A DNA stretch of 48,590 bases, filler included, from Jimgerdemannia flammicorona (taxonomy: Eukaryota), in assembly GCA_003990765.1 (NCBI GenBank). It is 2 parts of 2 records of this genome, joined end to end, with 100 filler letters (N's around TTAATTAATTAA, not from the genome) between each part and the next. Parts side by side here need not be neighbours in the genome. Positions count along the whole stretch, not along the records: positions 24,351 to 48,590 come from RBNJ01001001.1; 1 more part is not named here. One strand, 5' to 3'. The notes under the pieces were generated by a model. It was not told where the DNA came from. It saw nothing but the letters and a program-made list of their open reading frames with translations, and did no database searches. Below, piece by piece: positions 35,686 through 48,590 of the stretch. Numbering within the stretch: the stretch's first letter is position 1; the number at the start of each line of letters is the position of its first letter. A program made the translations under genes and the position numbers.

Positions 35686-35824
35686 GTTGTTAGTCTCTTT
35701 TCTCCAAAAACAATGTTATAAGTGTCTTCCAAAGGTTGTATAACCTGAATAGTACTGATATTATATATTTTATCAATAAAATTGCCTCTTCCTCTTATAA
35801 GGATATATATGAATATATACAATA

Positions 35825-36950
35825 GACCTTCTGAAGAGGTTACACTGTCTTAGAGCTTAGTGGTTGAAGAGAACTATTGAGCTATATAGAGATGGATGAG
35901 TACCCTGAAGAGGGTCTGAGAAATATAGTTCTTTCCTAGAGGATTCTCAGGCAATTTGCTATCTATAGTAGATCTGAAGAATAGTAGATAGTATAAGGAG
36001 TTCTGATGAGAGATGATAGATAGTACTCACTATATTGGTCTACACTAGAGAGATACTGAAGGAGAGATATACTGGGATCCAGTAATATAGAGGTGAGAGA
36101 GGTTGCTGCTGGGTGGCTCCCCTCTAGTAGACTTTAATATTAATACTAGATTAGAGTACTAATGAGAAATGAGCTGGGATCTGTGGCTGGTCAGCTGGTA
36201 GTTGATTGGTATTGATGAGGAGTGAAATTGAACTAATGTCTGATCATAGAGCATAGAGGTGTAATAGTAACTCTCTTCAAAATTCTGGATAGTATAGTGG
36301 TATATACTAAGGAGAAATATCATATTGAACTTTTACTTAGGTCATTTCATTGATGGGGGAGTCTTTGACTATAAAGAGTATTATAATATTGAGCAGGAGG
36401 AGAATTTTGTACAAATGTCAGAACATTGACTAGATAAGTAAGAAGTTCTTGGAGATTTCTAGAAATTGATTAGTAGTTACTTAAAGATACAGTAGTGAGT
36501 GAATAGAGAGGGGGGTTATTGGGAGAACTTGAAAGTATGTTTAGTAGAGTGTATTGATAATAAGTAGCTTATAATTGATTGGGCATTAGCAGTGTAAGTA
36601 AGTTTGGCTAGACATTAGCTATATATATTTAAGAATAACTAGTAGATAGAGCTGGAGGAGTAGTTGATATAGTGGGGGAGATTAATGATAGATATTATAT
36701 CTGGCTGATAGAGGGGGTGGGGTCTTCAGAGTAGTCACTATTACTATCTGGTAGAGAGTATTTGCAAGAAAAATAGTAGGAGGGTTGTAGTTATTAATGG
36801 CTTAGTAGTATTTTAATATAAAGAAGTAAAGGGGGAGAGGGGGGCTCTAGAGAGATTGGATAGAAGATTGGATAGTTGTATATTATATTGAAATAGATTG
36901 ATTTGATAATAAATACAAAAGTCTAAATAATAATAATAATAATAATAATA
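35825..36950 (+). mobile_element. 3' part of a decayed LINE with (TAA)n tail
   Basis: 35825-35960 is inverted-homologous to 38780-38930; 3' end resembles that of the 29895 LINE; TAA repeats at 36928-36951. Confidence 0.7.
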
Positions 36951-37360
36951 ACTCATAAAAGGCCTTTATTTCATATTATTTAAATATAAAGTAGACTAAG
37001 TAACAATATTTATAGGATAAGTTAATGCTAATTATTATATCAATAGATGGAATGATAATTAGAACCCAGATAGTACTTTTAATAATAATAAGTACTATGA
37101 GATTAAAGATTTCTATATAACTATAAACTTATAAGTAAAATAAGTTACTACTTATTTTATAGATATAGCTACTCAGTAGTGACATAATTTCTCAGTACAT
37201 CCTCTCACCTAGGAACTTATACTGAAATTAATATAAGTAAAGGAGATAATAATTGCCCTAACTATAAAGTCTACCCAGCTACTATAGGCCTAAAGAAACT
37301 GACTATCCAATAGTTCTATAGCTCTGCCCACATCACTAAAGCCAGAACCAAACTCAAGAA

Positions 37361-37362
<2 letters not shown>

Positions 37363-37393
<31 letters not shown>

Positions 37394-38505
37394 AGAATCA
37401 AGTCTCTGTAGATTTTTATTAGAAGAGAACCTAGACTATATAGATCAAAACTCACTCCTACTCTCCCTCTTCTGAGCACTACTTCTTCATTATTTTTAGA
37501 CTATAAAGAGAACTAGCAGTCTTATTATCTCAGCTATATAAGGGCAGTATTGTATATCTTTGTTTCAATAATATATAGACCAGACTTATCTATTTATCAG
37601 AACTAGATCATCAGACTAATATTATGAGAGTATACCTATATATCAGATCTAGTAATACTGGAACTGAATAATATATATAATATCTCTGATTCCAAATAAA
37701 AACCAAAGATAAAGAAAAAAAAACCCTCTAACTAACTAATAAGAAGTAGAATGAATTTATGGCAGATGAGTAAAGAACTTATATATAAGACCTCCTCAAA
37801 AGAACTGACAATTAGACTAAGGTCTAAAAAAACTCCAATTTTACTCTCTGAGTCTGTGGACCTCAATTACATATATTAGTATATTAGCTCTTAGTTCTAG
37901 TCAGGTACTATCAAATGAGGAAGGTTATACTCTTTAAACCTGTAGGTCTCAATTGTATTATCATGTCAGCTTCTGGTTCTAGTTGGATATAGCTAGAATA
38001 CTGACTACTATACTACCTCACCTTCTACTAGCCAATCAAATAGCCCTACTGAGATAATATCTACCTCACTCCAATGACTACTCTCAGCCTAACATCTGAT
38101 TGATTTACTATTATTGTTCTTTCTTCTATTATCTCTCCTCTCATCTCAATCCCACTCAAAAAACAATCATCTATACCAGAACTATACTTGCTGGAAAGCT
38201 TGCCAAAGCTCAGAGAGCTCTACCATAAATAATGACAACCTGCAGGTAACCTATACTAGCACTTGATACCTAAGGTCAGCCAACTCTCTATATAGTCTAT
38301 AATATACTATGACAATACTTCATTAGTAGTAGTAAAAGAAAGAAGATATTACACTCAAACAAGTATACTTCAGACATAGCTAGAGGTATCAGAAATATAA
38401 AAAAGTAGAAAAAGTACTAATCTGATACTGATAAAGAGACAACTCATTACTATTGCCTCTCTTCTACTGTCCTGTAACAGATATAGCAAATCAACCCAAG
38501 ATAGA
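37363..38505 (-). mobile_element. Poly(A) retroposon family X, copy 2 (divergent interior)
   Basis: T run at 37363-37389, then homology to copies 1 and 3. Confidence 0.75.
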
Positions 38506-41500
38506 GCCCAGTCCCACATCTTACTAATGCCTGCTGACTGCTAGTCTATTGGCTACAGATTCTATTCCATCTTCTATTGATACTCTATACTAATACTAAT
38601 ATCAAATTCTATCAGTAGTAAACCACTCAATAGAAGTCTGTCTTACCTCTATATTGCAGGTCTTCATTATATCTCTCTCTTATTACTATATCAATATAAA
38701 CTAATATAGTGAGCCCCCTCTACTATTCTCTATCAGAATCCTCTATACTGTAAGCATCTACTGCTTTTTAGTCTAATCATTAATAATAAATTACCTAAAG
38801 AATCTCTAGGAGAGAATCTTGTCTCCTAGACCTTCTATATTAATAGTACCTATCTTCTATCCTGTAACTTAATAACTCTCTTCAACCACTAAGTCCTAAG
38901 GCAATACAATATCTTCAAAAAGTCTACTAGATCTAGACCTTCTCTATTCACTAGAGTCACTAAGACCTTCCAACTTATTTGACTCTATCTTTTGATCTAA
39001 ATCTAGTCCTTAGCTATCTTCAATAACCTCTTCACCACTTAAGTCAGAAAGTTTAAGTAATATATTAGATACTATAACTTTGGCAACCAGTAAACATTAA
39101 GAATTAATACCTACCTAATAAGAGAAATATGATACCCCCTCTCAACTCTGAAGGATCTCCTCTCATTCTACTATCTTTCTCTCTCACTAAGCCCTAGATA
39201 TATAAGACTGATCTATATACTAACAGAAATATGCTCAGATATTATACTATCTCTTCAGTAGTAATAATAGTACTTACAATATTCCTATGTACCTATCAAA
39301 CTATTCTCTAGCACCATTGTCTCACACTTATATCAGTTGAGCTTCACTCTAGAATACTTCTCATACCAGTTCACAGTAGCTCTCAGCTCACCAATATCAT
39401 CAACAGAACTAAGTTCAACCACTATATTATCAGCAAAGGCCCAATCTTTCAGACAATCTTTAAGACTAAAAGCCCTAATATCTTGTAGCAAATTCTATCT
39501 ATCAATAACTCTAATGACAAAGTATATAGAATAAGAGACAGTAGATCCTCCTGAGAGACCTATCTTTTTAATGAGAATAGAATACCATAATGTCTATTAT
39601 ATAAGATTGCTGTCTAGCTACTCTCTAATAGACTGATTATTAATAACTAGAATCAGTAAGGGACACAATTCTCTCTAATACCTTCTCTAGCCAGACTTAC
39701 CATATCTAATCATAGGTCTTCCCCTGATCCAGAAAGATCAACTATCTATTCAGTCTACTAGTTCTTATCCTCTCAATTATACTGTGAACTTAGGCTATCT
39801 CATCTCTAATTAGTCTATTATCAACAAAACCCCTCTGCTCAACTCTTAATACCTGTTGAGTCATCTTCTGCAACCTTATAATAATTATCTTTGTGACTAA
39901 CTTCCTATTTATATCTAAGAGTATAATTAGTCTCCCAATTCTTTCAATCCTCTCTCCTGCTCTTATCTTTATATATATAGCAGTACTATTAGACTGAGAT
40001 CCTGACTTCTAACTCACTCTCTAGATATAAGGATAAAGTTGCATAGTACTATCATCTCTCTCAATACTCTTAGAACTCTTACTATCTTCTTTCAAAAGTC
40101 CTAAGGCAGGTTATCTTTACTAGAAGCTATATCTTGTTTTATAGCTAACAAGATACTCAAAATATCATCCTTTTGAACTAGTTGAACTAAGTATCTAAAC
40201 TATCAACCTGTGGAGAATACTAATTCTCCAGAGAGTGCTCAATTATCTTCTCATCAGTACTTCTTTCCTTACTCTACAGGTCTTTCTATCTATCCTTTAA
40301 AGAACTCAAGACTCTCTACATCTCATTCACTAGAGTACTCTTCTCATTAAGTACTCTATCTTACTACTGTCTTATCTACCTTACCTGAAGAAGCCTAGAT
40401 AGATATTTAGTAGGTCTCTCACCTTTCTCAAGCCCCTGCTATTATAGCTGAGCTACTATATATACTCTATATATAAGTCTTCTCTTCTCTCAATACTCTC
40501 TTCAACCCCTTCACCTCTAGCTGGGTCTGTCTCAGTCTTTAATCTTCCATATTCTTCTGCTCCAACATCTCTGCCTACTTCAGCTATAATCTCTCTATTC
40601 TATAGAAGGCTCACCTTATCTATTATCTCTACTAAGCCCCTTTAAACCTGTTAGTCTTACCTTGGTAGCCTTCTTTAACTTCATCTAACAGACTCTCACT
40701 GGAGACTTCTTACTTTTCTAGAGAACATCTTTATCTTAATATTCTCTATCTAAGTATTCTACAACTCCTTCTTCTTTAACAAGGAGGAATTAAGATACCA
40801 ATGTCCAAGCCCATCTCTATTCTTCTTAAACCAGCTATACCTTAATAGCTTCTAATGATTAGATCATGGGTACTACTCTATCTCTAAAGTTACTCAGATA
40901 TCCATCACCCAGCAGTCAGCTATCAGCATCTAATCTATCTTTATTTCAAGTTTATTCATCTAATGAGTATAAATTCTCCAATTATCTCACACAATTCTAC
41001 TAATATCTACTAATGAACTTAGATGCTCTATTTTCTTTTAAATGTCCAGACTGCTACTATAGTCTATAGTATATCTCTCTCTATTAGTTCTATCTAATAG
41101 TATATTCTATACTATATTAAAGTCTCTTCTCAGTATATGTATCTATACCAACTTTCAGTAAGTATACTATACTTATAAAGTCTATCTAGCCACTCTACTC
41201 AGTCACTCTTAACTATAATAATAAGAGCCTATTACTATTAGATCTCACCCTAGTCTTTGCCACTTCTTCTATACTAAGTAGTCTATTTATCTCTCATTCT
41301 TATATAGTTCTCTCTTATCTCTCTATACCAGAATTTCTATCTTACTTCTCTAAACTACCATACTACCTCACTCTCTTATCTATGTCTGTCTATTTAATTT
41401 CTCTTTATAGTATATATTCTATAGTAGAAAAAGATCTGCCTCCAAATCCTTCAGTTAAGCAAAAATGTTTTAATATCTCACAGAGTTCTGTAGATCATTT

Positions 41501-42616
41501 ATATTTAATAAGAAAACATTAATTATATTGTTTATAAAAAAAAAAAAAATTATATTATAGTCTCATCTCCTTTACAGTTCTATACTTATTTCCTTTCTAG
41601 CCATATCTAGATCATACTCTACAATTACTTTCTCCTTCTCAACCTTAGTATCTAATCTAACTAGTATCTCAGCAATCTCTTTATCATTCTTAATCTCTAT
41701 TTTCTCCTTATACTCCTTATATACTATCTGCCAAAGCTGTAATCTATATCTCTGCTTCTACTGGAAAGCAATATACTCCTTAGTAACTACTGTCAATTTA
41801 GCTTCTCTTACTATATCTATCTCATAGCCTTTCTCTTTCAACAATACAGCCAGAATCTCAGTCTTTAGCTTTCTTATTATCTCATTACTTCTCAATACTC
41901 TTGCTCAGTACTTCTTACTGAAAATATATAAGTTTATCTCTTCTAACTTCTCTATAGTCAACTTATTCATTATTGCACATATCTATCACATATTACTTAT
42001 ATATTTCTCATCTAGAATCACAGGTCTCTTCTCTATCAGTAGTATAGTATTAGCTTCAGCACTAGTGGACTCATCCCACTCCTCTTCTGAAATATTATAT
42101 AGCTTATCTACCTCTATCCTAATCATCTGCCCTTTTTTTTATTATATTTGATACTCCAAACTAGATTCTATATATGTATGCTCCTCATCTCTATATTCTC
42201 TATAATTCTTCTTTTTTTAAATATTTACCTATATTAGATATTCCTCCTCCTTCTCTCAGACCTTAAGTATATCATTGTTTAGAGCTATTGACTTCTTATC
42301 TCTCTACTTAATATTATATCTTTCTTCTTTTCTCTCACTCTATTTTTAGCCCAATTACTTATCTTCACTCTTTTCAAATTCTCTCTAACTCTAGTTATTA
42401 TTCTCTTCTACAGACCAGTCAGCAGATCTCTCTATCTCTTCCTTCTCTGAGTCTTCTCTCATATCAACTTATCTATATATACATATCTGCTTATTATTTA
42501 CTACTTCTATATATATTAATATCACATAAGTCTACTATATCACTACATAATACTCTACTGCTCTACTGAGTTTCTTCAGGGCCTCTAGCAAATTCTTCTT
42601 CTCTTTCCTATTCTAT

Positions 42617-42622
<6 letters not shown>

Positions 42623-42691
<69 letters not shown>

Positions 42692-43866
42692 TTTTATAGA
42701 CTCAGAGTCCTGCAGATTTTTATTGGAAGAGAATCTAGACTATATAGGTCAAAACCCTCCCCCACTATCTATCAAACACTACTCTCTTATTAACCTAGGC
42801 TAGCTATTATCCAGCAGCTCAACTATGCCAGGTGTAGCAGGGCCTATAGTGGCCTGTATCTCATTCTATACACCATGCTCTTCCTACTATCAGAGAGAAC
42901 TCAGCTATATGCTAATGACCAAAAGTATATACCTGAAACCCCAATGTATATATAAGATTATGTCTGAGCCAAATAGAATAGCCTCTGCCACTTCAAGAAG
43001 AATGACAGGCAAAGAAAAAACCCTTATCAAAGTATATCTCAGTAGATAGGGTCTAGTTCTCCCAGATGAGATGAGTAAAGAACTTATATGAAAGATAAAA
43101 GAAGACCTCTAATACCCCACTACTCAAGTCTGTAGGCCTTGATTACATTGTTATATCAGCTTCTAGTTCTAGTTAAGTATAGCCAAGATGTCTGAAATAG
43201 GTAGTCTTAGGTCTTCTGACTCCCCTCAATGACCAGGGTCCAACTCCACATATTGCCAAAAGAAGCTGAGAGTGATACCTACTATCTAACTACTCTACAT
43301 AAATCAAAAGACCCCATTGAAATAGCACCTATCTCAGTCCTGATAACTACCTCCAGCCTGATACTCTACTGGTTCACTGCTATTGCCCTTCCTTCTATCT
43401 ATAATGGCCATCTCTCCTCTCATCCTGATAATACTCAAAAAATAGTTACCTATACCAAAATTGTACTTACCAAGAAGCTTGCCAAAGTCAAAAGGCCTCA
43501 CCACAAGCACTAAGGACCTGCAGGTAACTTATACTGAGCACTTGATGCCCAAGGTCAGCTGACTCTCTATATAATCTGTAATGCATCAAGACAATATCTT
43601 GTTGGTAATGGCAAAAGGAGGAAGGTACTACACTAAAATGAGTATACTCCAGATACAGCTGAAGGTACTAGAAACTATGAAAAAGTAGAGAAGATACTGA
43701 TTGAACACTGATAAAAGGACAACTCATTACTATTGTCTTCCTTCTACTGTCCTATAATAGGTACAGCAAACCAATCCAAGGTAGAGGGGGTATTAGTTGT
43801 AGAAAGTAGACTCAGAAGGTTGCCTACCAAACTATTGTAACTGATAAAGTAGTAGAGAAAAGAGTA
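42623..43866 (-). mobile_element. Poly(A) retroposon family X, copy 3
   Basis: Long T run to 42690; AATAAA ~30 nt before the tail on the minus strand; 11-bp TSD TCTATTTTACT at 42612-42622 and 43867-43877. Confidence 0.88.
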
Positions 43867-45127
43867 TCTATTTTACTCTTATTATCTTATAAATAAAGAT
43901 ATTCTATATTAGTACTAAAGGCCAGTCTCTAGTCTTCTCAGTAGTCTCTCTTTCTTTAAGTTAGAGCTATATATTTATATTTCTTATCTTAAATAAGATC
44001 TCCTTCTAAACTCAGAATCCAATATCTATTATTTTCTTATACTTCTTTATAACCTCCTTAACTCTCCTCCTTATCTTGATAGTTATCACTATAGATACTC
44101 CTTTTACTAAAAGTTATATAACTCTCAGATCTTATCTTAGATATTGAGTCATTAGTACTACCACTTTGCTAACTAATAACTCAGTTCTCATAGCCTTCAC
44201 TAACAGCCCTTCTTTCTCAAATCTCACCTCAATCTCCTTCAGTTTATATAGAAATTTCACTAAGATAGCTTTAGTCAACTAATTTATAATCAGACCCAAG
44301 ACTATTTTAATTATTACTACTAGCTTTCAGAAATACAAAGTGACTGCAAATTTCAAGATTAACTTCTTGAATAATAGAACTACTATCAGATCTATCATAC
44401 TATCTACTAGGTCCCTCTTCTCTATGTACTCTATCTGCTCAGCCTCACTATCAGCAGTTATATCTGGATTTTTTTTCAGATCTACTATTATCTTTCTATC
44501 AGTAGTTATACTCTGACTACTTATTCTAGATCTTTCAACCACTATACTAACTCTACTAGACAATACTCATTTAGCTCTCTCAGTTTTTAACTTCTTTTTT
44601 TCCTCTTATTATTTATCTCTAATATCTCCAAACCAATCTCTTGTCTTTATCTTATTATAAAACTCAACTATTCTAATCTCTTACTACTTAAGCTAGACTG
44701 CAGTTCCTCTCTAATAACCTATTACCTATCAGTACTGCTAAAGAATCTCATTCCCATGCCATATCCTCTCCTAACATGCTGTCAGTCAAACAGCCCAGGT
44801 CTATCTAATCTAGTATATCTATTAGATTTCTATTTATTAATATATTATTAATATGTATCTTTTCTTTAAAAACTATATAAAAAGTATTGTGAGTTATTTA
44901 TATAACATGAGTTATATTGGAGAAAGGTACTGATCTAAATAAAAATGTTTTTAAATCTTATATATATATATATTTTTTTAAAAAAAAAACTTAAATTTAT
45001 AATATCTTTTTAAATTATTTAAGTCTATAATTTTCTAAATTTAACCACTTTCTCTTAAAGAAACTAGAACAACTATACCTTGGTAGCAATGGTAAAGTTA
45101 TATCTTACCTTATTGAGAAATCTCACA

Positions 45128-45167
45128 TAACCTTAACCCTGAACCCTAAACCATAACCCTTACCCCA
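45128..45167 (+). repeat. Short degenerate (TAACCC)n telomere-like tract
   Basis: TAACCT TAACCC TGAACCC TAAACCA TAACCC TTACCCC. Confidence 0.55.
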
Positions 45168-45988
45168 ATGCTGAAGGCTGAAATTTCGTACAGCCTCTTG
45201 CAGGACATGCTCGTGGTTTGGTCTCGGCAGCAGATTTGACTGACCCACTCCTCTCTACTCAAACTGAGAGGTTTTAGTCCTCAGTAATATGTATATCTAT
45301 CAAATAGCGCCTCGTTACCAGTGCATGGACAATGGGATTATGATGGAGATTGTCATACCACAACCGACAAAACACGATCGGTTGAGTCCAGGACCGGATC
45401 TTCATCTGGACAACAAATATTTCCTTTTGAATGCTAGGAACCTCGTCCACGCCACGGCTTGTGCACGCGTCTCCTCCGTCTGTGCCTTGTTCTTTTATAA
45501 TCGCGATGTCTTTGTGATGCGCGCGAGGTCGATTTATATGACCATCGTCACAGGTCAATCACGTCTCTCCCCTCCTGACTCACCGGATTGATGATGACGG
45601 CCAGCTTGCCCATGCGTAAATCTTTGATTAGTCTAAGAATTGAATGCCATCATGGCGGCCGGGAGAGAGGTGTACTGATGCATAATTTATCTCATGCATT
45701 GTGGGTGGGTGGCTTTATTACTGGTTCAAGCTGATGTTTATTTTATTTATTCATCAAGTTGCTACTATTGTTTGTGAATTGATTAAGCAATTGTCCGATG
45801 CCAAGCATTACAAATGAGGTCTGTTAGATTTTCAAGTGTTCGGGCGAACGAATCAATGACAACGCACGAAATACAGAATAAAGCCTGAAGATGTGAAATG
45901 GTACGAAGGGTTGAAATATCGAGAGAGAGAGACGAGATAAAATTACAAATATTCTGATAGCATTATTTTACAAAACTATTATATTTGC

Positions 45989-47720
45989 TCATCCCAATGC
46001 CAACACACCAGCGGACAAAAGAGAAGCACCAGCGACAGCGCAACCGCGGAACCTCCAACGTGTGCTCGACGTAGCCGATGTTGTCGAATTAGTCGTAGCG
46101 TTCCTTCCCGCCGTTAGATCCGTGCACCCCTGATCTGACTGCCTCTGCGGCGTAGCTGTCTGCGCGTATCCACTGAATTGGCACGCCTGCGGGACCTTCT
46201 TCTGCGCGACGTAATACGCATTGTAAACGTAGCTTAACTTGTCAATTGGAGCGCAGAATGAATATTTTCCATATAGCCCCTGTGTGCCGTCCACGGTGAT
46301 GTCCGCACACGATGTCATACCGCATACGATACCGAGCTGCTTTCCTACCGAGTCGTTCATGGTCACCTGGCCATTACTGACGCACGAAAGCGACGATACC
46401 ATACATGTGCATACCGCCTCCGAGGGTGTCGGCGGGAGCTTGGTCGAAGCGCGCCAGCTCGAGCTCGCGGGAGGACATGGTTGCCCCTGGCGCGAGGACG
46501 AGAATTGGTCCATGTTCACACCATTCGGACTGACACCCGCCAGTGCCTTCTGCAAGTTGTCGTAATCCGTTAGCGTGGTAACTTGCCCCGTCGCCTGATC
46601 GATTTGGACAAGCCCGTAGTTATTGGCCTCCTCAGTCCACTCGTAGACAATGCCGCCAGACCACACATCCGTCATGTTCGAGCTGTAAATCGTCGCTACC
46701 TCCGCGAAGACGCGCGGTGTGACCAGGTTGCAGCCGTATTCGGAGAGGATGACCGGGATGTTGTAGGTGGAAAATGTGAGGGTGCGGTTCGCGTAGCCCG
46801 AGGTTTGGAAGTTGACGGTCGTGCCGCACCATTCGTAGAGGTTCAGGCCGTAGAAGTCGACCTTGTCGATTGTAAAGATGCAGTGAATTGAGCAAGCCTG
46901 AGTATTCAATTATGAAAATGATTCTCTAGCTCAGAAACATATCCAACATTTCTTACCTGCTCAGTGGGATCCCCACAGTCGAAATACGCATCCAACTGAT
47001 CCCGAATATCGGCATCATCATTGCTCGAATACCCGACGGGGATATATCTGCTTTTCGTGGCCTTGATATACGCCTTTATATCGCGGATCGAGGCTTTGAC
47101 GAACGCCGACGCGTCCGTGTTGGTATTGTTGTTGGTCACCTCGTTTCCGCCAAAGAAGGCCATCGTATTCGGGTATGAGGAAAAGGCGTCCACTGTCGCA
47201 GTCAGTGCTTTGTACAGACTCAGGTCGTAGCTTGGCTTTGATCGGTCGATTGAGTTATTGGGAGAGGTTAGGTCCAGGATCAGGTAAATGCCCGCGGATT
47301 CAAAGGCTTTCATGCAGTCGTCGTGGTTCAGGGTCGGGTCCACCTGTTTAAATAATTGATTATTTTTCCATGACAAATCCTTGCTGCCTATTGCAAAAGT
47401 GAAAGCATTGTTGTCTCAGCACGCACCTGGTACACACGGATCACATTTATCCCCAGCTTCTGCATCAGCGGTATATCCCGCTGACATGCTGTCGGTTGGG
47501 CCAGAGGGTCCACGACAGATGTTCGCGGCTGATAGGCAACGCCCTTGACGAAGAATTCATTCTTTGTCACAGAGTCAAAGAACTTGTAGCCCTTGATGAC
47601 GATGGGATTGATGGCGTCGGCGGCGGGAGAGCACAATATGACGAGGACAGAGAACAGAAGGAGGAGCGGAAGCGAGAGAAGGCCACACGGGGAGGGTGGA
47701 TACCAGGCAGAGGATCTCAT
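45989..47720 (-). CDS. GAS1: GH72 beta-1,3-glucanosyltransferase (Gas/Gel family) with X8/CBM43 Cys-box, probably GPI-anchored; exons 47720-47427, 47343-46957, 46861-45989 (~517 aa)
   Basis: Signal peptide, PIVIKG, KGVAYQ, IRVYQ|VDP, GNEV and SEYG catalytic glutamates, [26 protein letters not shown], Cys-box, Ser/Thr stretch and hydrophobic tail; GT-AG introns. Symbol denotes the family, not proven orthology. Confidence 0.95.
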
Positions 47721-48590
47721 TGGGTGTTTGGATGTGAGGTGCACGACGAAAGATGAAGAGGGGGAACAAAGAAAGAGTATGACACTTTGAAGGTGGGACA
47801 GAGTGATATATTTAAACGGTGAGATCGGATCGGGATCTATATGACGTCACAGTCTTAACTTGTGAGCTTGCGATACAATCCTTAACATCATGCCCCTTTG
47901 CCACAAATTAATTCGGAAAACGCCCACCATTGGTTTCGTTGTAATCATTCAATCATGGTTTGGTTTGCGTGCTATGCTTTTCCCACGACATTATCAACCC
48001 CCACGAATATTTCTCGGGCCCATTGAATGGAACAAATTATATGACGACCTGCTAACGTATATGGTTCAACGATAAAATTGTCTCTCTTTATGGTGCAAAT
48101 CGGAAATTTATGACGATTGAATCTCACTAAGATGAATGATTATCCAAGAGCCGAGACTACAATGGAATTTGTAATGAATTAAAAGGAGTAGAGTAGGGGA
48201 CGGGAGATACGGGGAAAAGAAACCGATTGATATGTGCAAATCCAAATAGAAGGAAAGGGGCGGGGGACAAATGTATAAATTACATGAAAAGAAGGCAATG
48301 AGAAAAAGGGAGGAATGATTAAGCACAGATTTTAAAGTCATACACCCGCTTTAACCGAGAAATCAAATATATGTAAAGGACACCAAAAAGGTGTTCATGA
48401 CCGTCCTTGCTAAAATTAAACGCGGAATAACGAAACGGTAACGATAAAAACGAACAGGACTATGGTCGTGAATAAGGAAGGATAAGAAAAAAAGAAGAAA
48501 AAAAAAAAAGTCTTTTTGAAGCGGCTTCGTTCATCTACAACGAACTAAAGCGATCTAAAAATCTCCGCAAAACAGGATATTGCTTTTTTT

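Larger units (their letters stand above)
29895..35760 (-). mobile_element. Full-length L1/Tx1-like LINE (5.87 kb)
   Basis: 13-bp TSD TTATATATTTTAT at 29882-29894 and 35761-35773; A-rich tail; ORF1 and ORF2. Confidence 0.92.
25550..35824 (+). mobile_element. Decayed Ty1/Copia LTR retrotransposon; 3' LTR (29777-29894 plus 35774-~35824) split by a LINE
   Basis: Order PR (WLMDSNA), GAG-pre-integrase (IWYQCLGYIS..CNNC), IN (ICSDNG), RT, RH (RIKHIDILYHFI..DSLTKAL); PPT-like GAGCAAGAG before 29777. Confidence 0.85.
36955..44935 (-). mobile_element. Heavily decayed near-full-length L1/Tx1-like LINE, interrupted by two family X copies
   Basis: Nucleotide collinearity with the 29895-35760 LINE across RT (39400-40230), endonuclease (40780-41530) and ORF1; shared 5' terminus ATCAGTAC. 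Confidence 0.75.

Noticed and set aside
30240..35743. Plus-strand Ser/Pro-rich ORFs
   Set aside because: Antisense shadows of the G-rich LINE ORFs.
45274..45591. Overlapping ~100-aa ORFs downstream of GH72
   Set aside because: No recognisable motif or gene structure; probably intergenic.
47721..47744. ORF-track start at 47744 for GH72
   Set aside because: GTG codon; the first ATG is at 47720.

Overview
Eukaryotic, probably fungal DNA. About 45 kb is a nested, C>T/G>A-hypermutated transposon island, followed by one intact host gene, a three-exon GH72 beta-1,3-glucanosyltransferase (minus strand, 45989-47720). Left half: four related Ty3/Gypsy-type LTR retrotransposons. A (~124-15030, -) is split by full-length B (3456-12137, -, 1.49-kb LTRs, ATAG TSD). 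A B-like fragment D (+) is interrupted by C (from 16097, +, 2.47-kb LTR, cut by an assembly gap at 24251-24350). Right half: a decayed Ty1/Copia element carrying a hAT-type MITE and a full-length L1/Tx1-like LINE, two further LINE relics, and three copies of a ~1.2-kb poly(A) retroposon. The most striking signal is a retrovirus-like complex architecture in the Gypsy family. A, B and C have gag-PR-(Cys/His motif)-dUTPase-RT; A and B place integrase in a separate +1 frame with its own ATG. A conserved ~270-330 aa accessory protein is encoded inside the U3 part of the LTR in B and C, with relics in A and D. All calls come from manual reading; no database search was run.
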